In this document: piece after piece, positions 37,024 through 47,225 of the stretch | How positions within the stretch are numbered: the stretch's first letter is position 1 | Layout: each line of letters starts with the position of its first letter | Source: a virus | Length of the DNA stretch: 64,000 nt | Strand: one strand, 5' to 3' | Virus record (IMG/VR): IMGVR_UViG_3300046169_000069 | Translations under genes and position numbers: made by a program | The notes under the pieces: model-generated | Seen by the model: the letters and a program-made list of their open reading frames with translations, nothing else | Databases searched by the model: none | What the model was told of the DNA's origin: nothing

Positions 37024-37964
37024 GCTTTGATCTCTACGTTTGCCATACATTCAGTGAGACAAGCAACTAAATTCAACTCATGGTCCGCAACAAACGCATT
37101 CTTGTACTGATAGTCAGCCAGAATGAGAACCAACTGAGGTATACTATTCGGGTCAACATGATCATACATCCTATCATATAAACCACGAAATATCGCCGTG
37201 GGTTCTAGATCAAGATTGTTGACAACCCAAGATCGCATCTTCTTAAAGTTTTTGTCGCGTAAAGAAGTAAACAACTGCGTGTATGTGTCGGAGATATCGG
37301 TCTGTTTATCGGGAACGGTGTTGAGTGTTCCTGATATTGTTCCGCGCTGACATTCATTAAGAACACGTCGCCAGTCTGGAGCATGTTTCATAATGATCTG
37401 CGCAACGACCGATTTCTCATACTCAACGTTTTCAGATTTTAGAATATCAACAACCCGTGACATGAAGTCGCCACAGAGCTCCGGAAGATCAGTCTTACTA
37501 AAGTTAAACGAATACTTGGAACATCGCGAGTGGAGAGGTTCAATAATACGATTCTCAAAGTTGCACGTCATAATGAAACGACAGTTCTTTGAGAACTCTT
37601 CAATAAACCCACGCAACGCGGGCTGTGTGGACTGTGGATTGAGATAGTCCGCCTCATCTAGGATAACAACCTTGTACCCACCAGACAGGGACACCGAAGA
37701 GGCAAACTGCTTGATCTTCCCGCGTAGGGTGTCAATATTGCCTTCTTCTGATCCGTTGATTACGATGTAGTCAAGATCCAACTCATCACAGATAGCTTTG
37801 GCAACAGTAGTTTTACCCGTACCTGCACTCCCTGCAAACATCATATTAGGCAGTTCTCCGCCTTTAACGATGTTTTGAAAAGTTGTTTTTAACTCCGCAG
37901 GCAGAATAGTCTGCGACACAGCGGTGGGACGGTATTTTTCAACCCAGAGAAATTCATTACTCAT
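37020..37964 (-). CDS. gp44: Clamp loader large subunit gp44
   Basis: LWVEKYRP, GTGKTT, ILDEAD, SRC. Confidence 0.95.
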   Translation of the reverse strand: MSNEFLWVEKYRPTAVSQTILPAELKTTFQNIVKGGELPNMMFAGSAGTGKTTVAKAICDELDLDYIVINGSEEGNIDTLRGKIKQFASSVSLSGGYKVVILDEADYLNPQSTQPALRGFIEEFSKNCRFIMTCNFENRIIEPLHSRCSKYSFNFSKTDLPELCGDFMSRVVDILKSENVEYEKSVVAQIIMKHAPDWRRVLNECQRGTISGTLNTVPDKQTDISDTYTQLFTSLRDKNFKKMRSWVVNNLDLEPTAIFRGLYDRMYDHVDPNSIPQLVLILADYQYKNAFVADHELNLVACLTECMANVEIKA

Positions 37965-38104
37965 TCGTACCTCATAATATAATAAAAGTTGTAGGGAGTA
38001 TTATACTACATTTCTCCCTTCAAGTAAACCTCTCGCATAATTTATTTATGCGATTACAGTTAATAATGTCAATTAATTTTTACAATGTGAACAATCAATA
38101 AAGA

Positions 38105-38699
38105 TTATATGCGTTCATCCGCATAAGCGTGATTGACTTTGGCGTGGTGCATTTCATCACGACGGACACAAACAATCATATCAGAGAGCATTGCACCCTC
38201 TTCAAGATCTACGTAATAGTCAATGGCAATTTGTGGGAGCAGGAACATCCTCAATCTCCCCTGCAGATATTAGTGCCAAGTAACTGGTGTAACTATTTAC
38301 AGCCTCTTCTTCAAAGTACCCAGTCATGCGATGCGCAGTACGGGGAAACAACATATACATCAAAAGATAATAATGCCAGAAGATAAACTGAACAAAAATA
38401 ATGAGAACCCTCTCTAGAACAGAAGGATGAACTATTTCCATAAAGAACATTAAGTGCTTGCGTTCATTAGTGGCTTCGTCTAACAGTTCTTGGATCTTGG
38501 TGCCGTTACCCTTCTGTAGTCTGCGTAGACTATACAAGTGGGTTAACATTCCGCCAACCATGCCCGGCACTCCAGCAACTGTCTCTAAAATGAGAGCGCG
38601 TTTGCCATAGTTTCGCCGGAAGAACGTGTCTGCAAAAAACCTAAAGAAAGAGGTCATTGATCTTGCAAACACATCTGACATTTTTGTAGTGATATTCAC
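38105..38699 (-). CDS. aox: Alternative oxidase (AOX), frameshift near 38235
   Basis: LETVAGVPGM, NERKHL, YFEEEA; shifted frame continues IAIDYY...RRDEMHH. Confidence 0.92.
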
Positions 38700-38713
38700 G
38701 GAATCTCCGAAGA

Positions 38714-38779
<66 letters not shown>

Positions 38780-38789
<10 letters not shown>

Positions 38790-39028
38790 ATGTTCTGTTT
38801 CAGTTTTTCCTTACTTCTTTCTGTAAGGGACCTTACTATGTATATGCGAGTGAACGCTACAAACGATATTCCAACAGTAAGAATTGTGGACAGAGTTAAA
38901 GGATCCGTAATTCCCCACTTAACAACCGCTAGCCATGTGTAGAAGATGTTAAGTGGGTAATTGATGACCGTCCCAAGAGCAACGTGGATAGATGTTTCTT
39001 TTGCAATCAGGGGATCATATAGTTTCAT
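38780..39028 (-). CDS. Small membrane protein
   Basis: Two hydrophobic helices; 3' end overlaps the tRNA-Thr 5' end. Confidence 0.55.
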
Positions 39029-39106
39029 AAAAAAGGGGTTCGTGGGTATATAAACATTATAAAAAAATCATTCGCAGGCAACAGGTCACCCACGAACCCA
39101 AACTGG

Positions 39107-39310
39107 TTACTCGGCAGATTCTTCTGCCTGTTGTTGCGTGAGAGTCTCGTAAAGAGCCACAACCTGAATTGCTTGGTCACGCAACTGTCCGATAGTAGTG
39201 AGTTCTTCGCCTTTGAAACCGCCACGAGTGACGACGGTATCTACAACCGCGACACAGGAACGTGACACGCGATTTGCAAGTTCGTTAAATGTTGTTTGTT
39301 CTTCAGTCAT
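39107..39310 (-). CDS. Conserved small protein downstream of gp45
   Basis: MTEEQ...VDTVVTRGGFKGEELTTIGQLRD. Confidence 0.6.
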   Translation of the reverse strand: MTEEQTTFNELANRVSRSCVAVVDTVVTRGGFKGEELTTIGQLRDQAIQVVALYETLTQQQAEESAE

Positions 39311-39311
39311 G

Positions 39312-39989
39312 TTAAGCTCCGTATGTTGATGACTTTTCAAGTGCAATGAAATATTGCGTGTTAGAATTAATTGATCGGAAGTGTGAGATCAACTTAGTTG
39401 AGACCGACACCTCATAGTCTTCTCCCAACAACTTCATGTTACCCACACCCATAACAAAGTTGAAGTCTGCGTCCACAGGGAACTGACCTTCAACCAAGAT
39501 AGAGTATGAGTTTGAGGTGGAATCGTTGGTATCGATCACAGACACTTCAATAGAGTTCCCATTGGGACGGATTGATATGTTGTCATATCCAAGAGCAGAC
39601 GACGCACGTTTGATCTTACTTAGTGTCTCGTTTGTGAGTATAAATTTGACCTCACACTCAGGCATCACGATATCTTTCTTGGGTGCAGAAAGCATCTCTG
39701 GATCAGAGTAGAAGTACTTAACCGAAGAAAGGCCACTGCCATCGGACACGGTGCAGAAGTTATCTCCGAAAGTAATTGAAGGATTGTCTACGAGAGACAA
39801 CACAGACAAGAATTCTGACAGATCATAAATTCCAAATGTGTTCGGGAAGTTTTCTTCGATCTCAGCACGAGATACGATGTTTTTTGCGATAGACATAGTC
39901 TTCAAGACGTTACCGCCATTGACTACAATGTTTGGATTGATAGTCGAGAAGTTACGCAAGATCTCGACCGTGCGACTAGATAGTTCCAT
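39312..39989 (-). CDS. gp45: Sliding clamp gp45
   Basis: ILRNFSTIN, FGIYDLSEFL, YFIALE; promoter at 40019-40048. Confidence 0.93.
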   Translation of the reverse strand: MELSSRTVEILRNFSTINPNIVVNGGNVLKTMSIAKNIVSRAEIEENFPNTFGIYDLSEFLSVLSLVDNPSITFGDNFCTVSDGSGLSSVKYFYSDPEMLSAPKKDIVMPECEVKFILTNETLSKIKRASSALGYDNISIRPNGNSIEVSVIDTNDSTSNSYSILVEGQFPVDADFNFVMGVGNMKLLGEDYEVSVSTKLISHFRSINSNTQYFIALEKSSTYGA

Positions 39990-40044
39990 TAGGTCTTTCC
40001 TCAGTTAATATGTTGCACATTATATAACACTTTACACCCACTTG

Positions 40045-41773
40045 TCAAGTGGTTTCTCTCATTCGACTGAAGTTTTTGTCCTTAACAAACGTAAGCTTGC
40101 GTTCGAAGTGGGCATCTTCAAGTTCAGTCTTGTGTGAGATTACAAACACATTAGTGTCTTCTTTTAATGTGTCAATAATCTTCATAAGGTTGTCGACACC
40201 CTCCCCATCGAGAGACGAATCAAAAGTCTCATCAAGGATCAACAGGTTGGTCGACACAGAATTTTTCATCTTGGCTATTTGTCGCCAAGTGAATAGTAGG
40301 GACAAATCGATACGTTGTTTCTCACCCTCGGAGAAAGAATCATATGAGAACGTGTCGCGGTAACGTGACCGGATAGTCTCACTGAAAGCTATCGTCCAAC
40401 TCAAAGTGGACAAAGAAATCTAGAATCTGTAAGTACTTGTTGGTCAACTCATTAATGACCGGAATGTACTGTCGGATAATCTTGGTCTTAATACCAGTAT
40501 CTCGCAGTAACTCACTTGCAATACGATTGTACGAAGATCTTTCGGTCAATTTAAATTTATCATCGGTCAACCCGTGTAATTCAGAGTCCAACGTAGTTAG
40601 ATCCGTATTAGCTTTGGCCCATATCACCATCGCTGTCAACCATGTTCTGCAAGTCTTGTTGAATCTTACCGATGGATCGTTGTAGACGACCGATAGTTTG
40701 ATTGTTGTTGTTCAGCGTATTCTGATCTGCAAGACAACTGGCCATCTGTTCTTCTAAGAGATCAATCTCTTCTTGATATTGTTTCTGTTGAACCTCAGCT
40801 TTATCCATCGCAGACTTCAGTTCTTTTGCCTTAGAGGTCGCAGCGTCTTTCTTACTCTTGCGCAAGTCTTCTGCGATATCCTGATCACATGTAGGACACA
40901 CCTCATTATCGTCAAAGAACTTAGCCTCTTTGACCACAGACTTTACCTTGCGACTTAAACTGGGCATAGTATTCGTCTAACTTACTCTTGTTGGTACGTA
41001 TATTGCATAAACTATCTGTGATGGTTGGCATCAAATTATTGACGGTTTCGGATAGTCCTCTCATTCGCAAGATTGAGTTCCGCAATCTCTGACTGGAGAT
41101 CTGCAATATCCTTCTCCTTGTCTTTGCGCTGTTGAGTGTTAATAGCAGTGAGGTCACGAATGTACTTCTTTTGAGAAGATATACGTGTCTTAACCATTTC
41201 AATGGAATGGTTGTTGTTCTCGAGCTCGCCTTTGAGGAGAGAGGTTTTCTCCTTGAGTATCACATTCATTTTAGAAAATATGTTAATATCAAGAAGGTCT
41301 TCTATCACGTCACGCCGAGAGGTTGAGTTGAGTTGCATGAACGGGATAAAAGATGACGAACCGAGAACAACAATTTGGTGGAAACTCTTGTGAGACATCT
41401 GTAGGATGTTCTTCTCAAGAATCTCTTGGTATTCTCGTGCGTGTGAGCTCTGGTTGATCATACTACCATCTTTCCAGATCTCAAACTTAGCGGGTTTAAT
41501 GCCACGTAAGATGCGGTAGTTAATACCGTTAACAGTAAAGGTCACCTCAGTCACACAATCTTTATTATTGATCGTGTTGATCAATTGATTCTTAGTGATC
41601 TTACGGTGTGCTTTACCAAACAATGCAAACGATAGTGCGTCAAGCATTGTGGACTTACCTGCACCGTTCTCACCCACAATAAGATTAGTAGAACGGTCTA
41701 GGAAGTTAATATCGTTAAAATAGTTGCCTGTCGAAAGAAAGTTCTTCCAACGCAATGTTTCAAATTTAATCAT
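40045..41773 (-). CDS. gp46: Recombination ATPase gp46 (Rad50/SbcC-like), split by three frameshifts
   Basis: GENGAGKST, CPTC hook, FSEGEK, ILDE, ISH. Confidence 0.93.
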
Positions 41774-42828
41774 GCAATCTCTACAGCCTGTGCTTCTACC
41801 ATCAATTCAGACACAACAGTTTTAATGCGGTCCTTATCTAATTCAGTTTCTACTTCTTGTATGTAATTATAGATTAAAGTTTCCGTGTCGTCAACCCTTA
41901 AATCCTCATCTGAGACATTTTCACCACGAAACTCACGGAAGTCTTCAGCAATCTTCAGTTCGTGGACCTTTTGTTGTTGGATACGTTCAACATATCTCTC
42001 AAACTTTTGGATGTCGGAACGGTTACTAACTATAAGTTTAACAAATTTGCCGTCAAGATACGATAGATCCTCAAAATACTTAACGGTGTCTTCGTCATAA
42101 TAAATCTTATGGAAGATAGTGACATCATTTTGAACAGCCGTAAGTTCACGAGTCTCTGTGTCATAGATATGAAAGTACTTAGGGTCGTGTGCATCGTTCC
42201 AGAAAAACTCCATCTGTGCGCCAAGGTAGTGGATGTTACCTTTACTTGACTTAGTGTGGAAGTGTCCAGACAGAACAGTCTCAAACTTTTGTAGTGGCTT
42301 AGGGTCCATGCCCTCTTTACAGACTAGACCCTTATCCATCTCAAATCCAGCCAACTCAAAGTGACCGCCGATAACATCCGCACCACAGTTGTCTAAGAAT
42401 GTCAAGATCTCTTTCTCATTTTCAGGACAGATCCAAGGGACAAGACCAAACTTTACACCTTCGTACTCACGAACGATCGGGTCCATAAGAATGTCAACCT
42501 CGTTCATGTAGTGACCCATCAACTCTTTGAGAGAGTTTAGTCCGTTGGTGTTCTTGTAATAAACATCGTGGTTGCCGGGAATGATATCCATATGGATATT
42601 ATATTCTCTCAGTCTGTCTAAGAAAATTCTACGGTTATGGCTGAGCGCCTTGAGATTGACTGTTTTACGATTGTCGTAGTAGTCACCAAGGTGCAATATC
42701 TGTGTGATGTTGTTTTCCAACAAGTATGGAAAGAACACCTCACCGTAGAAGCGTTCTTGGTACTGCATAAAGATGTCAGACGAATTACGACACCCGCAGT
42801 GGGTGTCATTTAGAATTGCGATTTTCAT
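41770..42828 (-). CDS. gp47: Recombination nuclease gp47 (Mre11/SbcD-like)
   Basis: DTHCG, HLGD, GNHD, SGHFH; promoter at 42858-42886. Confidence 0.94.
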   Translation of the reverse strand: MKIAILNDTHCGCRNSSDIFMQYQERFYGEVFFPYLLENNITQILHLGDYYDNRKTVNLKALSHNRRIFLDRLREYNIHMDIIPGNHDVYYKNTNGLNSLKELMGHYMNEVDILMDPIVREYEGVKFGLVPWICPENEKEILTFLDNCGADVIGGHFELAGFEMDKGLVCKEGMDPKPLQKFETVLSGHFHTKSSKGNIHYLGAQMEFFWNDAHDPKYFHIYDTETRELTAVQNDVTIFHKIYYDEDTVKYFEDLSYLDGKFVKLIVSNRSDIQKFERYVERIQQQKVHELKIAEDFREFRGENVSDEDLRVDDTETLIYNYIQEVETELDKDRIKTVVSELMVEAQAVEIA

Positions 42829-42887
42829 AAGGACTCAACTCAACTTATATGGAGATCATTATACTACAAATAAGGGGGTGTGTCAAG

Positions 42888-43487
42888 TTAATCTTCTATC
42901 CAATCTGATAAATCCGAATCGACATTTACTGCTCGTCGTTTGCGTTTCTTCTCTTCTTTTACATACTCTTTGAATTCATGATCAGAAGATTTGACAGCGT
43001 CAATTCTCATACGGAGAGAATCAATGAAGGGGGATGCTTGTTGAGATGTGTATCCATCTTCCTCAAGTGATTCTGCCAAGAAGTCCATAACGTCGGCTTC
43101 GGCAATAAACTTAAGTTTGATGTTCTGTTGTTTTTTCTCTTTCTCAATCCTGCGAAGAAAGGCAAACCAAGATATCTGAGTGAAGTATGCGAACGCATTT
43201 GGTTTGCCACTACGAGTTGCGGCTTCTATATTATAATTCTCAATCGCTTTGAGCATATTCTCAACAGCGTCCATAACCATCTCTTCACGGTAAGTGTACC
43301 GAACAAAATTTCCTTTGTGAGACAGACCCTCGGCGATCTTAAGAAAGCAAGATGCGATATAATCCGTAACAACCGGAACAGGTTGTTCATTTGATTTAGC
43401 TTCTCTCTAGCTTTCAGTGCAGTACTCCACCACAGCGTTTGAGAAGTCTCTATTACTTACGTAATGTGGTTTTTCTTTTGGTTTCAT
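42888..43487 (-). CDS. gp55: Late-transcription sigma factor gp55 (frameshift near 43410)
   Basis: HYVSN N-terminus, NFVRYTYREEM, NAFAYFTQI. Confidence 0.92.
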
Positions 43488-43515
43488 AATATACAACTCG
43501 ATTAATTAAGATGAC

Positions 43516-43544
43516 ATTATACTATAATTTACAGTGTTTGTCAA
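43516..43544 (-). promoter_or_regulatory. Sigma70-type promoter of gp55
   Basis: TTGACA-17-TATAAT. Confidence 0.8.
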
Positions 43545-43549
43545 TGCGC

Positions 43550-43578
43550 TTGACAGATCGCGTTTTATAGTGTATAAT
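43550..43578 (+). promoter_or_regulatory. Consensus sigma70 promoter firing antisense
   Basis: TTGACA-gatcgcgttttatagtg-TATAAT on the plus strand. Confidence 0.65.
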
Positions 43579-43606
43579 ATCTCTGTTGCCAAGGGAGGAT
43601 AATATA

Positions 43607-44035
43607 CTAATTAATTGTCATCCCACTAATGTCGGAATCAATGTCTCCATCATTCAATTTAATATTCATCTCATCAAGAAAGTCGTCTAGAGAAAGTGAA
43701 TCATTGAAGTCATCTTCCAGTTGTTGACTCTCATCTTCTTCAAGATATTCAGCCATTTCTTTCAGTGCATTACTATACTGAGTTGTCATCTCCTCAGTCG
43801 GAACAGCAATAGACATTACCTTGTCAGTAAATACCATGATTATATTCATCGGTGAGTCTTGATAAACCATGTATGTTTTAAAAGCAAAAAACTTAGTACC
43901 ATCATTCATTGTTTTAGCTGTAAGACTCAATGCATTTCGCACAATAAAAGAGTCTTTCATTTCGCTAACTAACTCACAAATAAGTTCCTCACCCGTTACT
44001 AATTTCAAATGTTTAATCGAAGAGGTTGTCTCCAT
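43607..44035 (-). CDS. Conserved T4-like protein between uvsW and gp55
   Basis: KLVTGEELIC N-terminus; acidic tail. Confidence 0.65.
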   Translation of the reverse strand: METTSSIKHLKLVTGEELICELVSEMKDSFIVRNALSLTAKTMNDGTKFFAFKTYMVYQDSPMNIIMVFTDKVMSIAVPTEEMTTQYSNALKEMAEYLEEDESQQLEDDFNDSLSLDDFLDEMNIKLNDGDIDSDISGMTIN

Positions 44036-45543
44036 ATTCTTCTACTCTTATGGGTTTAAGGTTAATAGGATAGATCTTATAATCAAATCCTTCTTTAGTA
44101 TATATCTTGATTCTTTCAGCGCTATGCTTCAGGGTAAAATTCTTATGAGATTTGACATGGAGATCATCAGCGATATCAATAAGCCTAGTACTCCTACCGT
44201 CGTCAGACTGACGAAGGCCACGACCAATTGATTGGAGAACTTTAACTTGAGATTTGGATGGTGTCGCAAATACAATATTATGAAGGTTGCGGATGTTGAT
44301 GCCAGTGCTGAAAGTGCCAAGAGAAGCGACAATAATAGCGTCATTTTCTTTTTCTACGATCCCTCGTATTTGTTCACGATCAGTAGCGTCTACTTCACCA
44401 GACACGTAAAATACTTTGCGGTCTTCAGCAGCTAACTTCCTGATCATATCGTATAATACCTTTCCGTGTTTCTCTACAAACTGAAACATCACTAAGGTAT
44501 TCCCCGTTTGATCCAACGCAACTTTGCTAATAAACTTATTGCGTGGTTCATATGTGACAATGTAATCAAGTTCTTCTTGATAACTTTTGTCCTTCATCAT
44601 GTGACAGATATCGTTGTGGTATCTTAACAACAAGATGGAGATGTCCAACTCTGCCAGTTCCTTTTGACTTTTGCAGTTCCACCGTGCGGGTAACAGTGAG
44701 TGTTGGGCCAAACAGTCCTTCTAAGACCAGTTTGTTTGTTTCGGTACCGTCAAGGGTACCAGTAAGACCAAATCTGTATTTGGCATTAATGCACTTGTCC
44801 ATCATGGTAGTGAGAGACTTTGCTTTGAATAGATGCACCTCATCGCCAAAGACAGTTCCGAATTGTTCGAACCACTCTTTGCCGAACTTATAGATAGATT
44901 GCCATGTTGAGATGATAATGCGTTTGTCGGTATTCTTTTCTTTACCTGAGTAGATACGATGACAGAATTCATCTACATCATATCCGTAATCTGAGAAGTC
45001 CTTGTACATTTGTTCTACAAGTGATGTGGTAGGAACGACTACCAGAATTTTTTCATCAGTGACCTCAAAACAGTACCGAAGAAGATTATATATGATAAAT
45101 GACTTGCCGCTACCAGTAGGACTAAGTAAAATACAGCGTCGGTGCTCAACGCCGTGTGAAATAGCTTTGTACTGATAGTCTCTAGGCTTGAATGGTGCAT
45201 CAAGAACAGATAAAAACTCAACCAAAGCAGGGTGATCGATGTCTTCTCTAAACGACGGAATTCCATACGTTTCATGTTCAAGTATCTCTAACTGGTAAAA
45301 TCTGTCCGCACAAAAACGGCGCAGATGTTGGTACAATCCTACATTCATTTGTTTCGACACTATGTTGTAGAGTTTAACCCTACCGTCCCAGTGCCGAGAT
45401 TTATATGCTGGCATATATTTATAGCCAGGCACGAAGAAAGAGAAATACTCCCTCAATTCGTTTTCTTGTGCCGGATGAGCCTCCACCATAAAGTGTGAAT
45501 GGTCTTTCATCCGAATTCGTATTTTATTATCCACCAGATTCAA
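44013..45543 (-). CDS. uvsW: SF2 helicase UvsW (frameshift near 44665)
   Basis: SPTGSGKS, DEVH, TGT, QSIGRGLR. Confidence 0.94.
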
Positions 45544-45973
45544 ACTTTCTATAGTCGATCATGTTCTTGATCGTAGAATGTCTCCACTTCAAAACATTTA
45601 ATATATCCGTTAAAGTATCTATCTGTATCTTTAACATAGATATTCTCTCTACTGACTTCTGTATCTCTGGATCAGCGTCATAGTAGTAGTCCATTTCCCC
45701 CTTCAGAATTTTAAGACCATTGAATGGATCTGGTTCCCAGCCCTTATCCATGATCTCTTTCTGATCCATTTTACCATTATAGTATAACCACTTTTGTTTT
45801 AATAGTGTCTTCTGTGAAGTCTCTGCTCGTTGCAGTGACAACTTACTAATGGTAAGGTACTCTAGATATTTTGCATGTAAGTTGGGCGTTCTCCTTGATG
45901 TCTCATCTAACTGGTGGATTGGAATGTGAGAATCTTCTTCCCACTCTTTTAAAATACCTTCAATATTAATCAT
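45527..45973 (-). CDS. uvsY: Recombination mediator UvsY
   Basis: LHAKYL, KWLYYNGK, IKNMIDYRKF. Confidence 0.88.
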   Translation of the reverse strand: MINIEGILKEWEEDSHIPIHQLDETSRRTPNLHAKYLEYLTISKLSLQRAETSQKTLLKQKWLYYNGKMDQKEIMDKGWEPDPFNGLKILKGEMDYYYDADPEIQKSVERISMLKIQIDTLTDILNVLKWRHSTIKNMIDYRKFESGG

Positions 45974-46006
45974 GTAAAAACTCTTGCGGATAAAACGTAT
46001 AGTATA

Positions 46007-46654
46007 TCACGTATTGGTGATGTAGTCAATACAATCTTTCCAATAATCTTCATTGTGACCTAAGACGTAGCTCAATGTCATACGGTAACAGTTGGTTCTC
46101 GCGGCGTGATACACCACTTGATCTGATCCGTACTCACCAAAATATCCTGCCTTTAGTTGCCACCCCCGTTCATCCGGAATCGTAATAACCGCTTGCGTTT
46201 CTGGATCGACATATTTGAACCATCCGTCTCCTTCTTCTGACCAAGTAAAAATCAGATTGAAGGCAGACGCATTCGCGTTATTGTGCCACCCAATAAACCC
46301 GTTCGGCGGATATAGAGTAGATAACGCACTTGTTTCCAAACCAAGTTCTGTCTTCATTTTACCGTCAAGATGGGACCATGTCTTTGCATACTCTTCAGGA
46401 TGCGTCCCACGATAAAACTCAACCTTGATAGGATGACACACAGAGTTCTCTGCCGCACCCAGATGTCGTTCTCCCATATTCATTATACGACGCATTTCAT
46501 TTTCGCCTGTATAATGATCAGCCATCCCTGCTTGATCTGATCTCAGTACAAGATTGGTCTTTTCTGGTTGGTAGAGTTCACGATAAGTGTACCGAAACTC
46601 TTCTAACAGATCAAGAACATTCCTATTCTTGATCTCGTATTTTGAAAGGGTCAT
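46007..46654 (-). CDS. 2OG-Fe(II) oxygenase-like protein, paralog of 21778..22452
   Basis: YPPNGFIGWHNN, FTWSE.G.G.F.Y, YHAA, RMT shared with the paralog. Confidence 0.65.
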   Translation of the reverse strand: MTLSKYEIKNRNVLDLLEEFRYTYRELYQPEKTNLVLRSDQAGMADHYTGENEMRRIMNMGERHLGAAENSVCHPIKVEFYRGTHPEEYAKTWSHLDGKMKTELGLETSALSTLYPPNGFIGWHNNANASAFNLIFTWSEEGDGWFKYVDPETQAVITIPDERGWQLKAGYFGEYGSDQVVYHAARTNCYRMTLSYVLGHNEDYWKDCIDYITNT

Positions 46655-46668
46655 TTAGTCGTTGTCAC

Positions 46669-47137
46669 TTAAACTAATTCAAATTCTGTAAATCTAAATG
46701 TCACATCAAAGGATATGTATGTCACATCGCCTTGAGTCGACGTAAACTCAATAGAGCCCCAACTGTGTTGGTATAGCGTTCTTATATCGAATCTTGCCAC
46801 ACGAGTTGTTATGACTATTGAGAATGATAACGGTCACATCATGATTCACGGTCTCGCCTTTGTTATAGACACATTGTTCTAACCAAGTCTGCATTTCTTT
46901 ATATGCAGAAAGATCTTCGTCAAGAATTAGTGTTAAGGACAAATCGCCGTAATTGATAGTATCTCCAGAAACCGGAAACCCTTGAATTCTAGGTATACCA
47001 ATTTCTACAGCATTGACTGTAGAGCCGGGATGTGTAACAGACTGTGAAAAGAACTCAAGGTTTGCATACTGCTCTCGTTCTATTACAATACGAAATCCTG
47101 ACGGCTGCAAAAAGTTCTTGTTGTTAGTTAAACTCAT
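46669..47137 (-). CDS. gp3: Tail completion protein gp3 (frameshift near 46757)
   Basis: NFLQPSGF, FFSQSV..PG, LDEDL..Y; late promoter at 47159-47166. Confidence 0.8.
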
Positions 47138-47171
47138 AATAAGTCCTCGTTATCACTTTATTTATACGCAT

Positions 47172-47197
47172 AAAAAAAGGGAGTCCGAAGACTCCCC
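47172..47197 (-). terminator. Terminator after gp23 (cUUCGg hairpin)
   Basis: GGGAGTC-TTCG-GACTCCC-TTTTTT. Confidence 0.9.
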
Positions 47198-47225
47198 AAA
47201 ATGACTAGTAGACTAGTTCTTTTTA

